Positions 19,439 through 30,802 of a stretch of 64,000 bases of DNA are shown piece by piece. Origin of the DNA: an uncultured delta proteobacterium (GTDB taxonomy: Bacteria; Myxococcota_A; Polyangia; Fen-1088); the NCBI GenBank assembly GCA_963755125.1, contig CAVWIP010000017.1, positions 394,082 to 458,081 of the forward strand. The letters run 5' to 3'. Under the pieces are notes generated by a model. It saw only the letters and a program-made list of their open reading frames with translations. It had not been told where the DNA came from and searched no databases. Numbering within the stretch: the first letter of the stretch is position 1; every line of letters begins with the position of its first letter. The position numbers were made by a program, and so were the translations under genes.

Positions 19439-20787
19439 GGCAAGACGATCCAAGGCCCGAACCCCTACTGCACGTAGTCCGCAGCCCCGCGCTTCGGGGC
19501 AGGGTGAGCGTGCCGGGCGACAAGTCCATCTCGCATCGGGCCCTTCTGTTCGGCGCCCTGGCCGACGGCCCGGTCGCCATCAGCGGCTTGGGCCTGGGCG
19601 GAGACAATGCCAGCACGATGGTGGCCTTGCGTGCGCTGGGCGTGCCCATCCAGCACGCGGGCACGGACGCGCGCGTGCTGGGAGTTGGCTTGGCCGGGCT
19701 GCGAGAGGCATCGGGCGAGCTCGACTGTGGGAACTCGGGTACCACGATGCGTCTCTTCTGCGGGCTTCTGGCGGGTCGGCCCTTCACATCCACGCTGACC
19801 GGGGACAGGTCGCTGTCGCGCCGACCGATGGCACGGGTCGCGACACCCCTGCGACGCATGGGCGCGGCCATCGACGGCCGGCAAGATGCGACCCGGCCGG
19901 GCGACTTGTTCCCGCCCCTCACGGTGCGTGGCGGGGCCTTGCAGGGTATTCGCTACGAACTTCCGGTGGCGAGCGCACAGATCAAGAGCGCCCTGCTGCT
20001 GGCTGGCTTGCAGGCCCGCGGTCCCACGGTGATCAGCGAGCCGGGCTTGTCGCGCGATCACAGCGAGCGCATGTTGCGTTTCTTCGGCGCGCCGGTCAGC
20101 GCCGAACCTGAACAACGGCGCGTGGTGGTGGATCCGACGGGATGGAACGGCCGCCTGCGCGCGGGACCGGTCAGTGTGCCCGGCGACCTGTCTTCCGCGG
20201 CGTTTCTGCTGGTGGCGGCGCTGATCGTGCCCGATAGCGACGTGACGGTGGAGAACGTCGGGCTCAACCCCACCCGGACCGGCGTGCTGGACGCCCTGCT
20301 CGCGATGGGGGCTGACTTGGAGGTCAAGGTCGCGGGTCAGGCCATGGACGAGCCAGTCGGCAGCGTGCGTGCTCGCTGGACTGCCCGAGGACTGCGGGGC
20401 ACCAGGGTGGCAGGGGATCTGGCCCTGCGGTCCATCGACGAGATTCCGGCGCTGGCGGTGGCCGCGGCCATGGCCGAAGGCACCACCGAGTTCCGCGACC
20501 TGCACGAGTTGCGCGTGAAAGAATCAGACCGCATCGCCCGCATTGCGCGCGAGCTGCAGCGAGCCGGCGCGACCGTGTGCGAAGCTGCAGACGGGTTTTC
20601 CGTGATGGGCACGCGGGAATTTCACGGCGGCCGCGTGCAGCCGGATGGCGATCACCGTATCGCCATGGCGGGTGCCATCCTGGGGCTGGTGGCGGTCGAC
20701 GCGACCGAGGTGCCGAGCCAGGACATCGCGACCTCATTCCCGAGTTTCGCTCAGCTCCTGCAAGTACTGGGCGCGCCGGTGAGTTAG
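19435..20787 (+). CDS. aroA: 3-phosphoshikimate 1-carboxyvinyltransferase
   Basis: PGDKSISHR, DCGNSGTTMR, SAQIKSA, LRVKESDRI, DHRIAM. Confidence 0.98.
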   Translation: MRQDDPRPEPLLHVVRSPALRGRVSVPGDKSISHRALLFGALADGPVAISGLGLGGDNASTMVALRALGVPIQHAGTDARVLGVGLAGLREASGELDCGNSGTTMRLFCGLLAGRPFTSTLTGDRSLSRRPMARVATPLRRMGAAIDGRQDATRPGDLFPPLTVRGGALQGIRYELPVASAQIKSALLLAGLQARGPTVISEPGLSRDHSERMLRFFGAPVSAEPEQRRVVVDPTGWNGRLRAGPVSVPGDLSSAAFLLVAALIVPDSDVTVENVGLNPTRTGVLDALLAMGADLEVKVAGQAMDEPVGSVRARWTARGLRGTRVAGDLALRSIDEIPALAVAAAMAEGTTEFRDLHELRVKESDRIARIARELQRAGATVCEAADGFSVMGTREFHGGRVQPDGDHRIAMAGAILGLVAVDATEVPSQDIATSFPSFAQLLQVLGAPVS

Positions 20788-20833
20788 CACCGTCTTTCGA
20801 GGACTCACGTTTGAACCCCCGCGGGGAGAGCGG

Positions 20834-21724
20834 CTAGCTGCCTAGTATCTTCGCTAGAATGGCGTCCAGTTCGTCGAGCGAGCCGTAGTGGATCTCGATG
20901 TGGCCGCGGCCGGGTCCCGCCGCGATCAGCTTGACCCGCGCGGAGAGGGCGCGCTGCAAGCGCACGGCGAGGTCGCGCGCGGCCGGCGATTCCCTTTCGG
21001 GCGGCGGGGCAGGCCGGCCACCGCCTTCACGTTCGCGGCGGACCAGCGCCTCGACTTGCCGGACGGAAAGCCCGCGGCTGGCAGTCTGGCGCGCCAGTCG
21101 TTCGATGACCGGGTCGTCCTCGAGGCCGAGGAGCGCGCGCGCGTGGCCCATGGACAGGCGTCCCTCGACCACCATGGCCCGCACCGAGGGCGGCAGCTTG
21201 AGCAGACGGAGAGCATTGGCCACCGTGCTGCGTTCCTTGCCCACCCGCTCGGCCAGCGATTCTTGCGTGTAACCGAACTCCGCCACCAGACGTTGGTAGG
21301 CCTCCGCCTCTTCGATGGGGTTGAGATCTTCGCGCTGCAGGTTCTCGACCAGCGCCATCTCGAAAGCCTGCGCCTCGGTCACCTCGCGGATGATCGCCGG
21401 CACCTGGTGCAGCCCGGCCCGCTGGGCCGCCCGCCAGCGCCGCTCGCCCGCGACCAGCTCGAAGCCGCCGGCTGATCGCATCCGCAGCACCAGAGGTTCG
21501 ATGATGCCCTGGCTGCGGATGGACTCGGCCAGCTCAGCAAGCCGGGCGTCGTCGAAGGTCTTGCGCGGCTGTCTTCCCGAGGGGTGGATGTTCTCGATGT
21601 CGACCGTGCGCAGGCCGTCGCCGGTCTTGGCCTGCGTCCTATCTCCGGCATCGGGGACTGCCGCAGCCGGGATCAGGGCGGCCAGACCACGCCCCAGGGC
21701 CTGGCGCTTTCCCGCACCAGTCAC
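20834..21724 (-). CDS. parB: chromosome partitioning protein ParB
   Basis: ALGRGLAALI, QPRKTF, AGERRWRAA, ENLQREDL, HTH RSTVANALRLL. Confidence 0.97.
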   Translation of the reverse strand: MTGAGKRQALGRGLAALIPAAAVPDAGDRTQAKTGDGLRTVDIENIHPSGRQPRKTFDDARLAELAESIRSQGIIEPLVLRMRSAGGFELVAGERRWRAAQRAGLHQVPAIIREVTEAQAFEMALVENLQREDLNPIEEAEAYQRLVAEFGYTQESLAERVGKERSTVANALRLLKLPPSVRAMVVEGRLSMGHARALLGLEDDPVIERLARQTASRGLSVRQVEALVRREREGGGRPAPPPERESPAARDLAVRLQRALSARVKLIAAGPGRGHIEIHYGSLDELDAILAKILGS

Positions 21725-22515
21725 GAAGCCTCCGCTTTGGGTCGCGCGTGGCGGGCGAGAAACTCGCGCGCGGCCTCCATGTAGCTCTTGGCGCCCTTGG
21801 AGGCGACGTCATAGAGCAGGATCGGCTTGCCAAACGACGGCGCTTCCGACAAGCGCACGTTGCGCGGAATGGGCGTGTCGTACACCCGGCCGCCGAAGTG
21901 TTTGCGCACCTCGCTCGCCACCTGCTCGGTCAGGTTCTGGCGTGTGTCGACCATGCAAAGCAGAATACCCTCGATGTCGAGACCGGGGTTGAGCGAACGG
22001 CCCACCAGATTGACCGTGGCTTGCAAGTCGGAAAGACCTTCCAGCGCGTAGTACTCGCACTGCAAGGGAACCAGGACTCCGTCGGCGGCGCACAGGGCAT
22101 TGAGCGTGAGCAGGCCGAGCGAGGGTGGGGTGTCGATGATGATGAAGTCGTAGTCGGGCGTCGCTAGGCGCAGGGGATCGCGCAGCTTGATCTCGCGGCC
22201 GGACTCCGACACGAGTTCGATCTCGGCGCCCGCCAGATCTTGGCCCGACGGCACCAGCTTGAGAAACGGCAACTCAGTGGCGCGGGTGACCTGTGCGACG
22301 GTTTTCTCGCCGATGAGCACGTCGTACACGCTGCCCTGTTTGGTGCCCGCCGCTTGCCGGGCGTGGCCGAGGCCGGAGGTCGCGTTGCCTTGCGGATCCA
22401 TGTCCACCAGAAGCACGCGCTTCTCGGCCACCGCAAGGGAAGCGGAAAGGTTGACTGCGGTGGTCGTCTTTCCGACGCCCCCCTTCTGGTTCGCGACCGC
22501 GATGACCCGTCCCAT
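21721..22515 (-). CDS. parA: chromosome partitioning ATPase ParA/Soj
   Basis: NQKGGVGKTTT, DPQGNATSG, DTPPSLG, IPRNVRLSEAPSFG. Confidence 0.97.
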   Translation of the reverse strand: MGRVIAVANQKGGVGKTTTAVNLSASLAVAEKRVLLVDMDPQGNATSGLGHARQAAGTKQGSVYDVLIGEKTVAQVTRATELPFLKLVPSGQDLAGAEIELVSESGREIKLRDPLRLATPDYDFIIIDTPPSLGLLTLNALCAADGVLVPLQCEYYALEGLSDLQATVNLVGRSLNPGLDIEGILLCMVDTRQNLTEQVASEVRKHFGGRVYDTPIPRNVRLSEAPSFGKPILLYDVASKGAKSYMEAAREFLARHARPKAEAS

Positions 22516-22703
22516 GGTGCTGTGATCCCGTCGAGCGGGCTCATCCTCCTAGCATCAATAGGGCCGCGGTTTCAACCGAGCCGGCGCGGGGCATGGATCC
22601 GGTCGTGCAGAAAAAAAGACGCACAAACTTGACGGGCCAGGAGGTTGCAATACTACTTATACCTACATGTAGCGTATTTCCCTGCAACACAAGGAGCAAC
22701 ACG

Positions 22704-22889
22704 ATGAGCTACGGCGATATGAAAACCTACCGGACCTTCGAGGAGTTCGAGCGCGAGGAGCTTCGCCGCATGGACGCTGTGGGCAACTCGGTTGACGAGA
22801 TGATCGACACCATCTTCGGCGAGGAGTTGGACCTGGAGTACATAGCCGCAAGCCGCCGCGCCGCTGTCGACGAGGACGACGAAGAGTAG
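22704..22889 (+). CDS. small very acidic protein (61 aa)
   Basis: AAGGAG RBS at 22691; MSYGDMKTYRTFEEFEREE...DEDDEE. Confidence 0.7.
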   Translation: MSYGDMKTYRTFEEFEREELRRMDAVGNSVDEMIDTIFGEELDLEYIAASRRAAVDEDDEE

Positions 22890-22900
22890 CCCGGCCGCCC

Positions 22901-24825
<1,925 letters not shown>

Positions 24826-24829
<4 letters not shown>

Positions 24830-25905
24830 CCGTTGGCCTTCATGAACTCGCGCATGTGGTCGGCCAAGGCCTGACACCCTTCCACGGGCATGCCGTTGTA
24901 AACCGAGGCCCGGATGCCACCCACCGTGCGGTAGCCCTTGAGCGCCAGCATGCTCTTGCCGGTGGCTTCCTTGAGGAACTTCTCGGTCAAGGGCTCGCTG
25001 GGCAGCTTGAAGGTGATGTTCATGTGGCTGCGCACGGCGGGATCGGCCACCGTGCCTTTGTAGAAGCCGCCCGAGCCGTCGATGGCGTCGTAAATCAGCT
25101 TGGCCTTGTCGGCATTGCGCTTCTCGATGGCCTGCAGGCCGCCCTGGCGTTCCATCCAGCGGAAAGTCTCGAGCAGCACGTACACGCCAAAGGTGGGCGG
25201 CGTGTTCAGGCAGCTCTTGGCCTCGGCGTGGACCTTGTAGTTGAAGATCTTGGGCACGCTCTTGCCGATCCGATCGTAGAGATCTTTGCGTACGATGACC
25301 AGCACGACGCCCGAGGGGCCGAGATTCTTCTGCGCGCCACCGTAGACCATGGCGGTGCGAGCGATGGGGTGCGGGCGCGACATGATCTCGGAACTGGCGT
25401 CGACCATCAGCGTCGGGTGCTTCGGCCACTCGACGAAGCGGTTGCCGTGCACGGTTTCGTTCGAGCAGATGTGCAGATAGGCGGCGTTCGGGTCAGCGGT
25501 CCAGCCGGCGGGGTGGCGATCGAATCCGGTCGACTCGCCCGACGCGATCACCTTCACCTTGTCAGGGGCGATGCCCTTGGCGGTATCAGCGGCCTTCTTC
25601 GACCACTCGCCGGTTATCACGTACTCCGCCACGCCGTTGAGGAAGTTCATGGGGATCAGGGCGAACTGCTGGGTCGCGCCCCCTTGCAGGAAGAGCACGT
25701 CGTGCGTGTCAGGGATCTGCAGCAGGCTGCGGCAGCGGGCAATGGTCTCATCCAGTACCGCATCGAATTCCTTGCCCCGGTGACTACACTCCGCGATTCC
25801 AAAACCCTTGCCCTGGAAATCCAGCAGGGCAGCGGCCGAGGCTTCGAGAACCTCGTAGGGAAGAGTGGCAGGACCGGCAGCGAAGTTGAACGCGCGTTTC
25901 TTCAT
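24826..25905 (-). CDS. serC: phosphoserine aminotransferase
   Basis: FNFAAGPATLP, SHRG, FLQGGATQQF, GAQKNLGPSG, NTPPTF, GGIRASVYN. Confidence 0.98.
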
Positions 25906-26030
25906 GGGGCCTCCGTTGGATGGAGGCGAAAGCATAGTCGATCCCGGGCGCCAGGGAAACCGCGGTTGCATCGGCGCGGAACGCGCGACGTGCAGTCGTG
26001 CTACGGACTGCCCGCGGGCTGCAAATCAGT

Positions 26031-26129
26031 CTATGGCGTGCGTGCGACGATGCCTGGCATTTTGGAGAACCGCTCGTCGTAGGTGTCGATGGTTGTGTCG
26101 AGGAGCGCCGCTTCAGACAAGATCGCCAT
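26031..26129 (-). pseudogene. internally deleted PIN-domain (VapC-like) toxin remnant, 32 aa
   Basis: MAILSEAALLDT-TIDTYDERFSKMPGIVARTP: PIN-like N-terminal LLDT fused to PIN-like C-terminal TxD..F..PG..P; overlaps antitoxin 3' end. Confidence 0.6.
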
Positions 26130-26319
26130 AGATCTCCTCGCGGCCCAGGCTCCCCTTCATCGGCCCAAGGCTACGGACCGGGAATGCCGACTGGGCTGGG
26201 GGACGTGGCGCTGGCGGAAGCTCGACCGTGATGGCGACCCTGAGTCCCTCGGGCAGGTCGAGCGGCTCGATCAATTCCAGGCTCCGGCCATGGAGCACGG
26301 CGTGAACGGTCTGGGTCAT
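26113..26319 (-). CDS. AF2212/DUF104-like antitoxin
   Basis: MTQTVHAVLHGRSLELIEPLDLPEGLRVAITVE...LGREEIYGD. Confidence 0.75.
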   Translation of the reverse strand: MTQTVHAVLHGRSLELIEPLDLPEGLRVAITVELPPAPRPPAQSAFPVRSLGPMKGSLGREEIYGDLV

Positions 26320-26419
26320 CGCGATCCTATGATTGGATGGTGGCCCGGCTCTCCCCCGCACGCAAGCCGGTGCCAGCGGTGTCGCCCTCTCGCGGGCAAG
26401 AACCAGCGGCGCTACATGC

Positions 26420-26704
26420 TTATCTCGTGATTGGCCGGCGAGCCTGGTGGTAGACGCGCATCACTTCTAGGACGCTTGCCCGCCTGCGGTAGTAGATGCG
26501 GTAGGGCGGCAAAGGCCAGCTTCGTACCAGCATTCCCCCTCGTAGTTGCTGCTCCGGCCCTTCGAAAATGCCCTCGTCCAGCCGCTCCACCAGGTCAAGC
26601 ACCTCGGCGACCAGATCAGTGGCGGCGTGAGGATTGCGCTCGGCAAGATATCTGGTCGCGCTGGCCAGATCCTCGGCCGCGTCTTTCGAGATCCTGATCG
26701 TCAA
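26420..26704 (-). CDS. RelE/ParE-family toxin
   Basis: 94 aa; A.EDL...YL..RNP.AA, PYRIYYR, EVMRVYHQARR. Confidence 0.85.
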   Translation of the reverse strand: MTIRISKDAAEDLASATRYLAERNPHAATDLVAEVLDLVERLDEGIFEGPEQQLRGGMLVRSWPLPPYRIYYRRRASVLEVMRVYHQARRPITR

Positions 26705-26916
26705 CGACGCAGAATCCCCTCAAGGTGCCGTCTGACGACATCGAGGCTCAAGCCCTCGCCGGCATCCAGCGAACGGGCGGCTGCTTCAAGCCCCGCCTCC
26801 TCCTCGGCGGTCAGGTCGAGTACCCTGTCCACGGGCTCGATCACATACCGCCCCGTGGGAAGCGCCCGCAGCTCTTTCGGAAGCTCCTTGCCGTTCCAGT
26901 CCAGAAGCGTTGCCAT
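26701..26916 (-). CDS. cognate antitoxin (acidic, 71 aa)
   Basis: LTAEEEAGLEAAARSLDAGEG; 4-bp overlap with toxin start. Confidence 0.75.
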   Translation of the reverse strand: MATLLDWNGKELPKELRALPTGRYVIEPVDRVLDLTAEEEAGLEAAARSLDAGEGLSLDVVRRHLEGILRR

Positions 26917-27038
26917 GTCCTAATACTAGCGCAGCTCGGGCCAACCGGCTCGTGCGGTCAAAACCATGTCAGCCCAGCCACCGGGCCGGAGCCCGGATCC
27001 TTCGAGGGTGAAACTCGGGGCGAGATGAGGGAATAAGG

Positions 27039-27214
27039 GTGAGACGAGAGCCCGGCAGCTACGCCCCGTGGGTCATTGGAGCCTTGTGCCCCAGTGTCAG
27101 TCTGGGTCCGAGCAGGCCATCCTTCAATGGTGAGGTTCGCGATAGCCATCGCGAGCACTCCCCCAGGTCAGAGTCCCTTCAGATTGCCATCTCGGGCCGG
27201 AGCCCTCGTCTCAC
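27039..27214 (+). ncRNA. candidate IS110 bridge/seek RNA
   Basis: Closing stem GTGAGACGAG..CCCGGC / GCCGG..CTCGTCTCAC; internal hairpins; segments matching donor end and target. Confidence 0.6.
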
Positions 27215-27226
27215 TGGAGGTGAATC

Positions 27227-28627
27227 ATGAAGAAGGCCGGAGAATCTAGCAAGACGAAGAGACGAGGGGTGCCGACGGCTCTGCAAGCCATCCGCCCCAT
27301 GGTGGCCGGGATCGACGTGGGTAGCCGTGAGCATTGGGTCTGCGGTCCTGCGCGTGCGGATGGAGAGCCCAACGTGCGCGTATTCGGCACGACGACCATC
27401 CAACTCAAGGAAATGGTGGACTGGCTGGCCGAGCAAGGCACGGAATCCGTCGCCATGGAGAGCACGTCCGTCTACTGGATCCCGCTGTTCGAGCTTCTCG
27501 AATCGCGCGGCATCGAGGCCGTGCTGGTCAACGCGCGGCAGTTGCACAACGTCCCTGGGCGCAAGACCGACTTCCAGGATTGCCAGTGGATCCAGCTCCT
27601 GCACAGCTGTGGCCTCTTGCGCGGATCCTTCCGTCCAGGAAACGCCATCGTCGCCATGCGCGCCATCCATCGGCAGTGGGCCAATCTGGTCGAAGAGCGA
27701 ACCCGCTGCGTGCAGTGGATGCAGAAGGCGCTCGACCAGATGAACGTGCAGGTCCATCGCGCCGTCACCGATCTCACCGGGACGACCGGCATGGCGATCG
27801 TCCGCGCCATCGTCGCCGGAGAGCGCGATCCGGTTCGGCTGAGCACGCTTCGTCACCATCACTGCAAGAAATCCGTCGAGGACATCGCGCGCTACCTCAC
27901 CGGCACCTGGCGAGAGGAGCATCTGTTCAATCTCAAGTCCGCCCTACAGTTCTTCGACGCTGTCGAGGCGCTGATCGCCACGCACGAATCCCGTCTGTTC
28001 GAGGCCATGGCGGTCCTGCAGCCCGACGAGCGAAAGGACGCTGCGGTCCAGCCCCATCCCAATCCCGCCAAGGAGAAGGCCATCAAGAATCGCGGCGATC
28101 AGCCGGCGCGGACCGCGCTCTGGCGTTTCGCGGGCATCGACCTGACCCGGATCGACGGCATCGGAATCGGTGCCGCGAGAATCATCCTCACCGAGGTCGG
28201 CCTCAACCTCTCGGTCTTCCCGTCAGAGCATCACTTCGTCTCGTGGCTGAGGCTGTGTCCCCGTCGCCCGATTTCGGGTGGCAAGCCTCTCAAAACGAGA
28301 CGTAATGCTCTTGGGGCCAACCGCATCTCAGGCGCGCTCCGGATGGCCGCCAGCTCCCTCCAACGGACCAAGACCGCCCTGGGCGCCGCCTACCGTCGCA
28401 TCGCGCGCCACAAGGGAGCCTACGTCGCCATCTTCGCCACTGCCCGAAGGCTCGCACAGCTCGTCTACCGGATGCTGCGCTACGGGCAGGACTACGTCGA
28501 CGCTGGCGAAGAGGTTTACGATCGCCAGTTCGAAGCTCGCCGCCTCGCCGGGCTCAGGGAGGCGGCGAGATCGATGGGCTTTTCGCTTACGGCGCAGCCA
28601 GCCACCACACCAGCCAAATCCGGGTGA
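27227..28627 (+). CDS. IS110-family DEDD recombinase/transposase
   Basis: AGIDVG (D), AMESTSVYW (E), GRKTDFQDC (DD), IDGIG, ISGGK (Ser); GGAGG RBS. Confidence 0.95.
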   Translation: MKKAGESSKTKRRGVPTALQAIRPMVAGIDVGSREHWVCGPARADGEPNVRVFGTTTIQLKEMVDWLAEQGTESVAMESTSVYWIPLFELLESRGIEAVLVNARQLHNVPGRKTDFQDCQWIQLLHSCGLLRGSFRPGNAIVAMRAIHRQWANLVEERTRCVQWMQKALDQMNVQVHRAVTDLTGTTGMAIVRAIVAGERDPVRLSTLRHHHCKKSVEDIARYLTGTWREEHLFNLKSALQFFDAVEALIATHESRLFEAMAVLQPDERKDAAVQPHPNPAKEKAIKNRGDQPARTALWRFAGIDLTRIDGIGIGAARIILTEVGLNLSVFPSEHHFVSWLRLCPRRPISGGKPLKTRRNALGANRISGALRMAASSLQRTKTALGAAYRRIARHKGAYVAIFATARRLAQLVYRMLRYGQDYVDAGEEVYDRQFEARRLAGLREAARSMGFSLTAQPATTPAKSG

Positions 28628-28661
28628 GTTTCAGGTCAGACCCTCGCGCGATCCTGGGCGC

Positions 28662-29207
28662 ATGGCTGACACATTCCCCGGTTCCGACTCCGCTCGTGTT
28701 CCCCCGCACAACCTGGACACGGAACGGTCCGTCCTTGGCGGCGTGCTGGTCAAGCCCGTCATGTTCGACGAGCTGGCCACCACGCTCTCCACCGACGACT
28801 TCTTCCTGCCCGCCCACCGCGAGATCTTCGACGCGATGATGGAGATCTCGCGCCGGCAGCAGCCCATCGACGTGGTGTCGCTGGGCGACGAGCTCAAGAG
28901 CCGCGGCAGCCTGGCGCGGCTGGAAGGCGGCGCCGCATACCTCATCGCCATCGCCAACGCCGTGCCCACGGCCGAGAACATCGGCCACTACGTGCGCCTG
29001 GTGAAGGAGAAGGCCATCGTGCGCCGGATGATTGCCGCGTGCGCCGAGATCCAGTCGTGCGGCTATGGCGATTTCGGCGAGTTTGGGCAGTGGCGCCCAA
29101 AATGCGCTCAGCCCGGAACGGGAACACGCTGCCGTCCCTGTGGCTCAAGCTCTTTCGCCTCGACCACCGATCCCCGTCTGCGACGTTTGGAATGGACCGC
29201 GAAATGA
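28662..29207 (+). pseudogene. dnaB: truncated replicative helicase DnaB (N-terminal domain only)
   Basis: PPHNLDTERSVLGG, DFFLPAHREIFDAM, PIDVVSL, VPTAENIGHYVRLVKEKA; similarity ends near GDFGEF, no RecA domain. Confidence 0.75.
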
Positions 29208-29338
29208 ACCTGTACTAGAAACCCTGGGGCCCAAGCCGGGCCGTATTTCCCGATGCTCGAACACCTCTGGCCAACCAACGACATTCATGCCCAGCGTCGG
29301 CGATTTCAAGGGACGCACACCCGGACGCGGAGGGACAC

Positions 29339-30637
29339 ATGGCCGTTGTAGTTGTCGTCGGAGCCCAGTGGGGCGATGAAGGGAAGGGGAAGGTCGTCGA
29401 CCTTCTGACTGAGCACGCGGACGTGGTGGCGCGCTGGGGAGGCGGTGCCAACGCTGGCCATACCATTGTGGTCGAAGGAAAGAAGTACGTCACGCACCTG
29501 ATTCCTTCGGGTGTCCTTCGCGCCGGGGTGACTTGCGTGTTGGGCGAGGGCATGGTCATCGACCCGCGCACCCTGGTCGAGGAGATGCGCGCCTTTCGCA
29601 GCCATGGCCTGCTGGCCCGGAACACCGATCTCGTGATCGCTGGCCGCGCTCACCTGACGTTCCCGCACCATCGCGAACTGGACCGTCTGCGCGAAGAGCA
29701 ACCAGGCGCCATCGGCACGACTCGTCGTGGAATAGGCCCGACCTACGAAAGCAAGGCCTCGCGCACCGGTGTCCGCGTCGAGGATCTTCTGCGGCCAGAG
29801 CGGTTTCGGCGCAACGTGGAGCGCAACGTGGCCTATGTGTCAGGCGCGCTCGCCCACTACGGAGCACCCATTCCCGACGTGGACGCCCTGGTCAAAGAGT
29901 ACCTGGCGCTGGGCGACGAGATTCGGCCCTTTGTGCGGGACGCTTCTCGCTTCCTCTATGATGCGATCCGAGCGGGCCGCAACGTGCTGTTCGAGGGTGC
30001 GCATGGTGTCTTGCTCGATCTGGACCACGGCACCTACCCGTTCGTGACTTCTTCATCGACCACTGCCGGCGGTGCTTGCGCCGGGTGCGGCATCGGGCCT
30101 ACCTCCATCGACACGGTCATAGGGATCGTGAAGGCCTACGCCACTCGTGTGGGCAACGGCCCCTTCCCGACCGAGTTGCACGATAAGATGGGCGAGCGCC
30201 TGCGCGAGGTGGGGACTGAGTTCGGGTCCACCACCGGCAGGCCGCGCCGCTGCGGATGGCTAGATCTGCCGGCCCTGCGCCTCACGTGCCGACTTTCCGG
30301 CATCCGTGCCCTGGCGCTGACCAAGCTTGATGTCTTGTCGGGTATCGAGAAGCTCAACCTTTGCGTGCAGTACCGGCTGGCGGGCAAGACGCTTGACGAA
30401 ATGCCGCTGGACCCCGACGACCTGGCGGCAGTGGAGCCGGTCTACGAGACGCTCCCTGGGTGGCCCGCACTTTTTGCCGGCGATGCAGGGAAGACGCAGC
30501 TTCACCCGGCAGCCGAGCGGTACGTGGCGCGGATTTCCGAGCTAGTCGGCGTGCCGCTGGCCCTGATCTCGGTCGGGCCGGGGCGCGACGAGACCATCGT
30601 CAGGGACAACCCATTCGTAGCAAGGAATGCGCGCTAA
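29339..30637 (+). CDS. purA: adenylosuccinate synthetase
   Basis: GAQWGDEGKGK, GANAGHT, TRVGNGPFPTE, TTGRPRRCGW, TKLDVL. Confidence 0.98.
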   Translation: MAVVVVVGAQWGDEGKGKVVDLLTEHADVVARWGGGANAGHTIVVEGKKYVTHLIPSGVLRAGVTCVLGEGMVIDPRTLVEEMRAFRSHGLLARNTDLVIAGRAHLTFPHHRELDRLREEQPGAIGTTRRGIGPTYESKASRTGVRVEDLLRPERFRRNVERNVAYVSGALAHYGAPIPDVDALVKEYLALGDEIRPFVRDASRFLYDAIRAGRNVLFEGAHGVLLDLDHGTYPFVTSSSTTAGGACAGCGIGPTSIDTVIGIVKAYATRVGNGPFPTELHDKMGERLREVGTEFGSTTGRPRRCGWLDLPALRLTCRLSGIRALALTKLDVLSGIEKLNLCVQYRLAGKTLDEMPLDPDDLAAVEPVYETLPGWPALFAGDAGKTQLHPAAERYVARISELVGVPLALISVGPGRDETIVRDNPFVARNAR

Positions 30638-30802
30638 CTCATCGCGCGCAGCCCACCGCGGCCGGTACGGCGCAAATTTGCCGCCCGGGTCGTGCGCGGT
30701 GTTACGAGTGGGAATGGGACAGAAACCGTCTTGCCAGGCGGTGACTGATATCTATAATCGCGCGGTTGCTGTCTCTTCGTGGTACGCGTATATGAGGGCC
30801 CA

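Larger units (their letters stand above)
27005..28639 (+). mobile_element. IS110-family insertion sequence
   Basis: IS110 transposase, ~220-bp 5' non-coding end, subterminal inverted repeat TGAAACTC (27009-27016)/GAGTTTCA (28626-28633), AG at both inferred junctions, no long TSD; boundaries inferred. Confidence 0.8.

Noticed and set aside
26031..27005. Integron cassette array carrying toxin-antitoxin genes, targeted by an attC-specific IS1111
   Set aside because: No RYYYAAC...GTTRRRY attC sites seen between the genes and no integron integrase in the window
26968..28671. Long imperfect inverted repeat flanking IS110 (GGATC...CGAGGGT / ACCCTCG...GATCC) as true element ends
   Set aside because: Gapped, partly built from the flank-element junction and from the dnaB start; the AG-core boundaries fit the guide matches better, though not formally excluded
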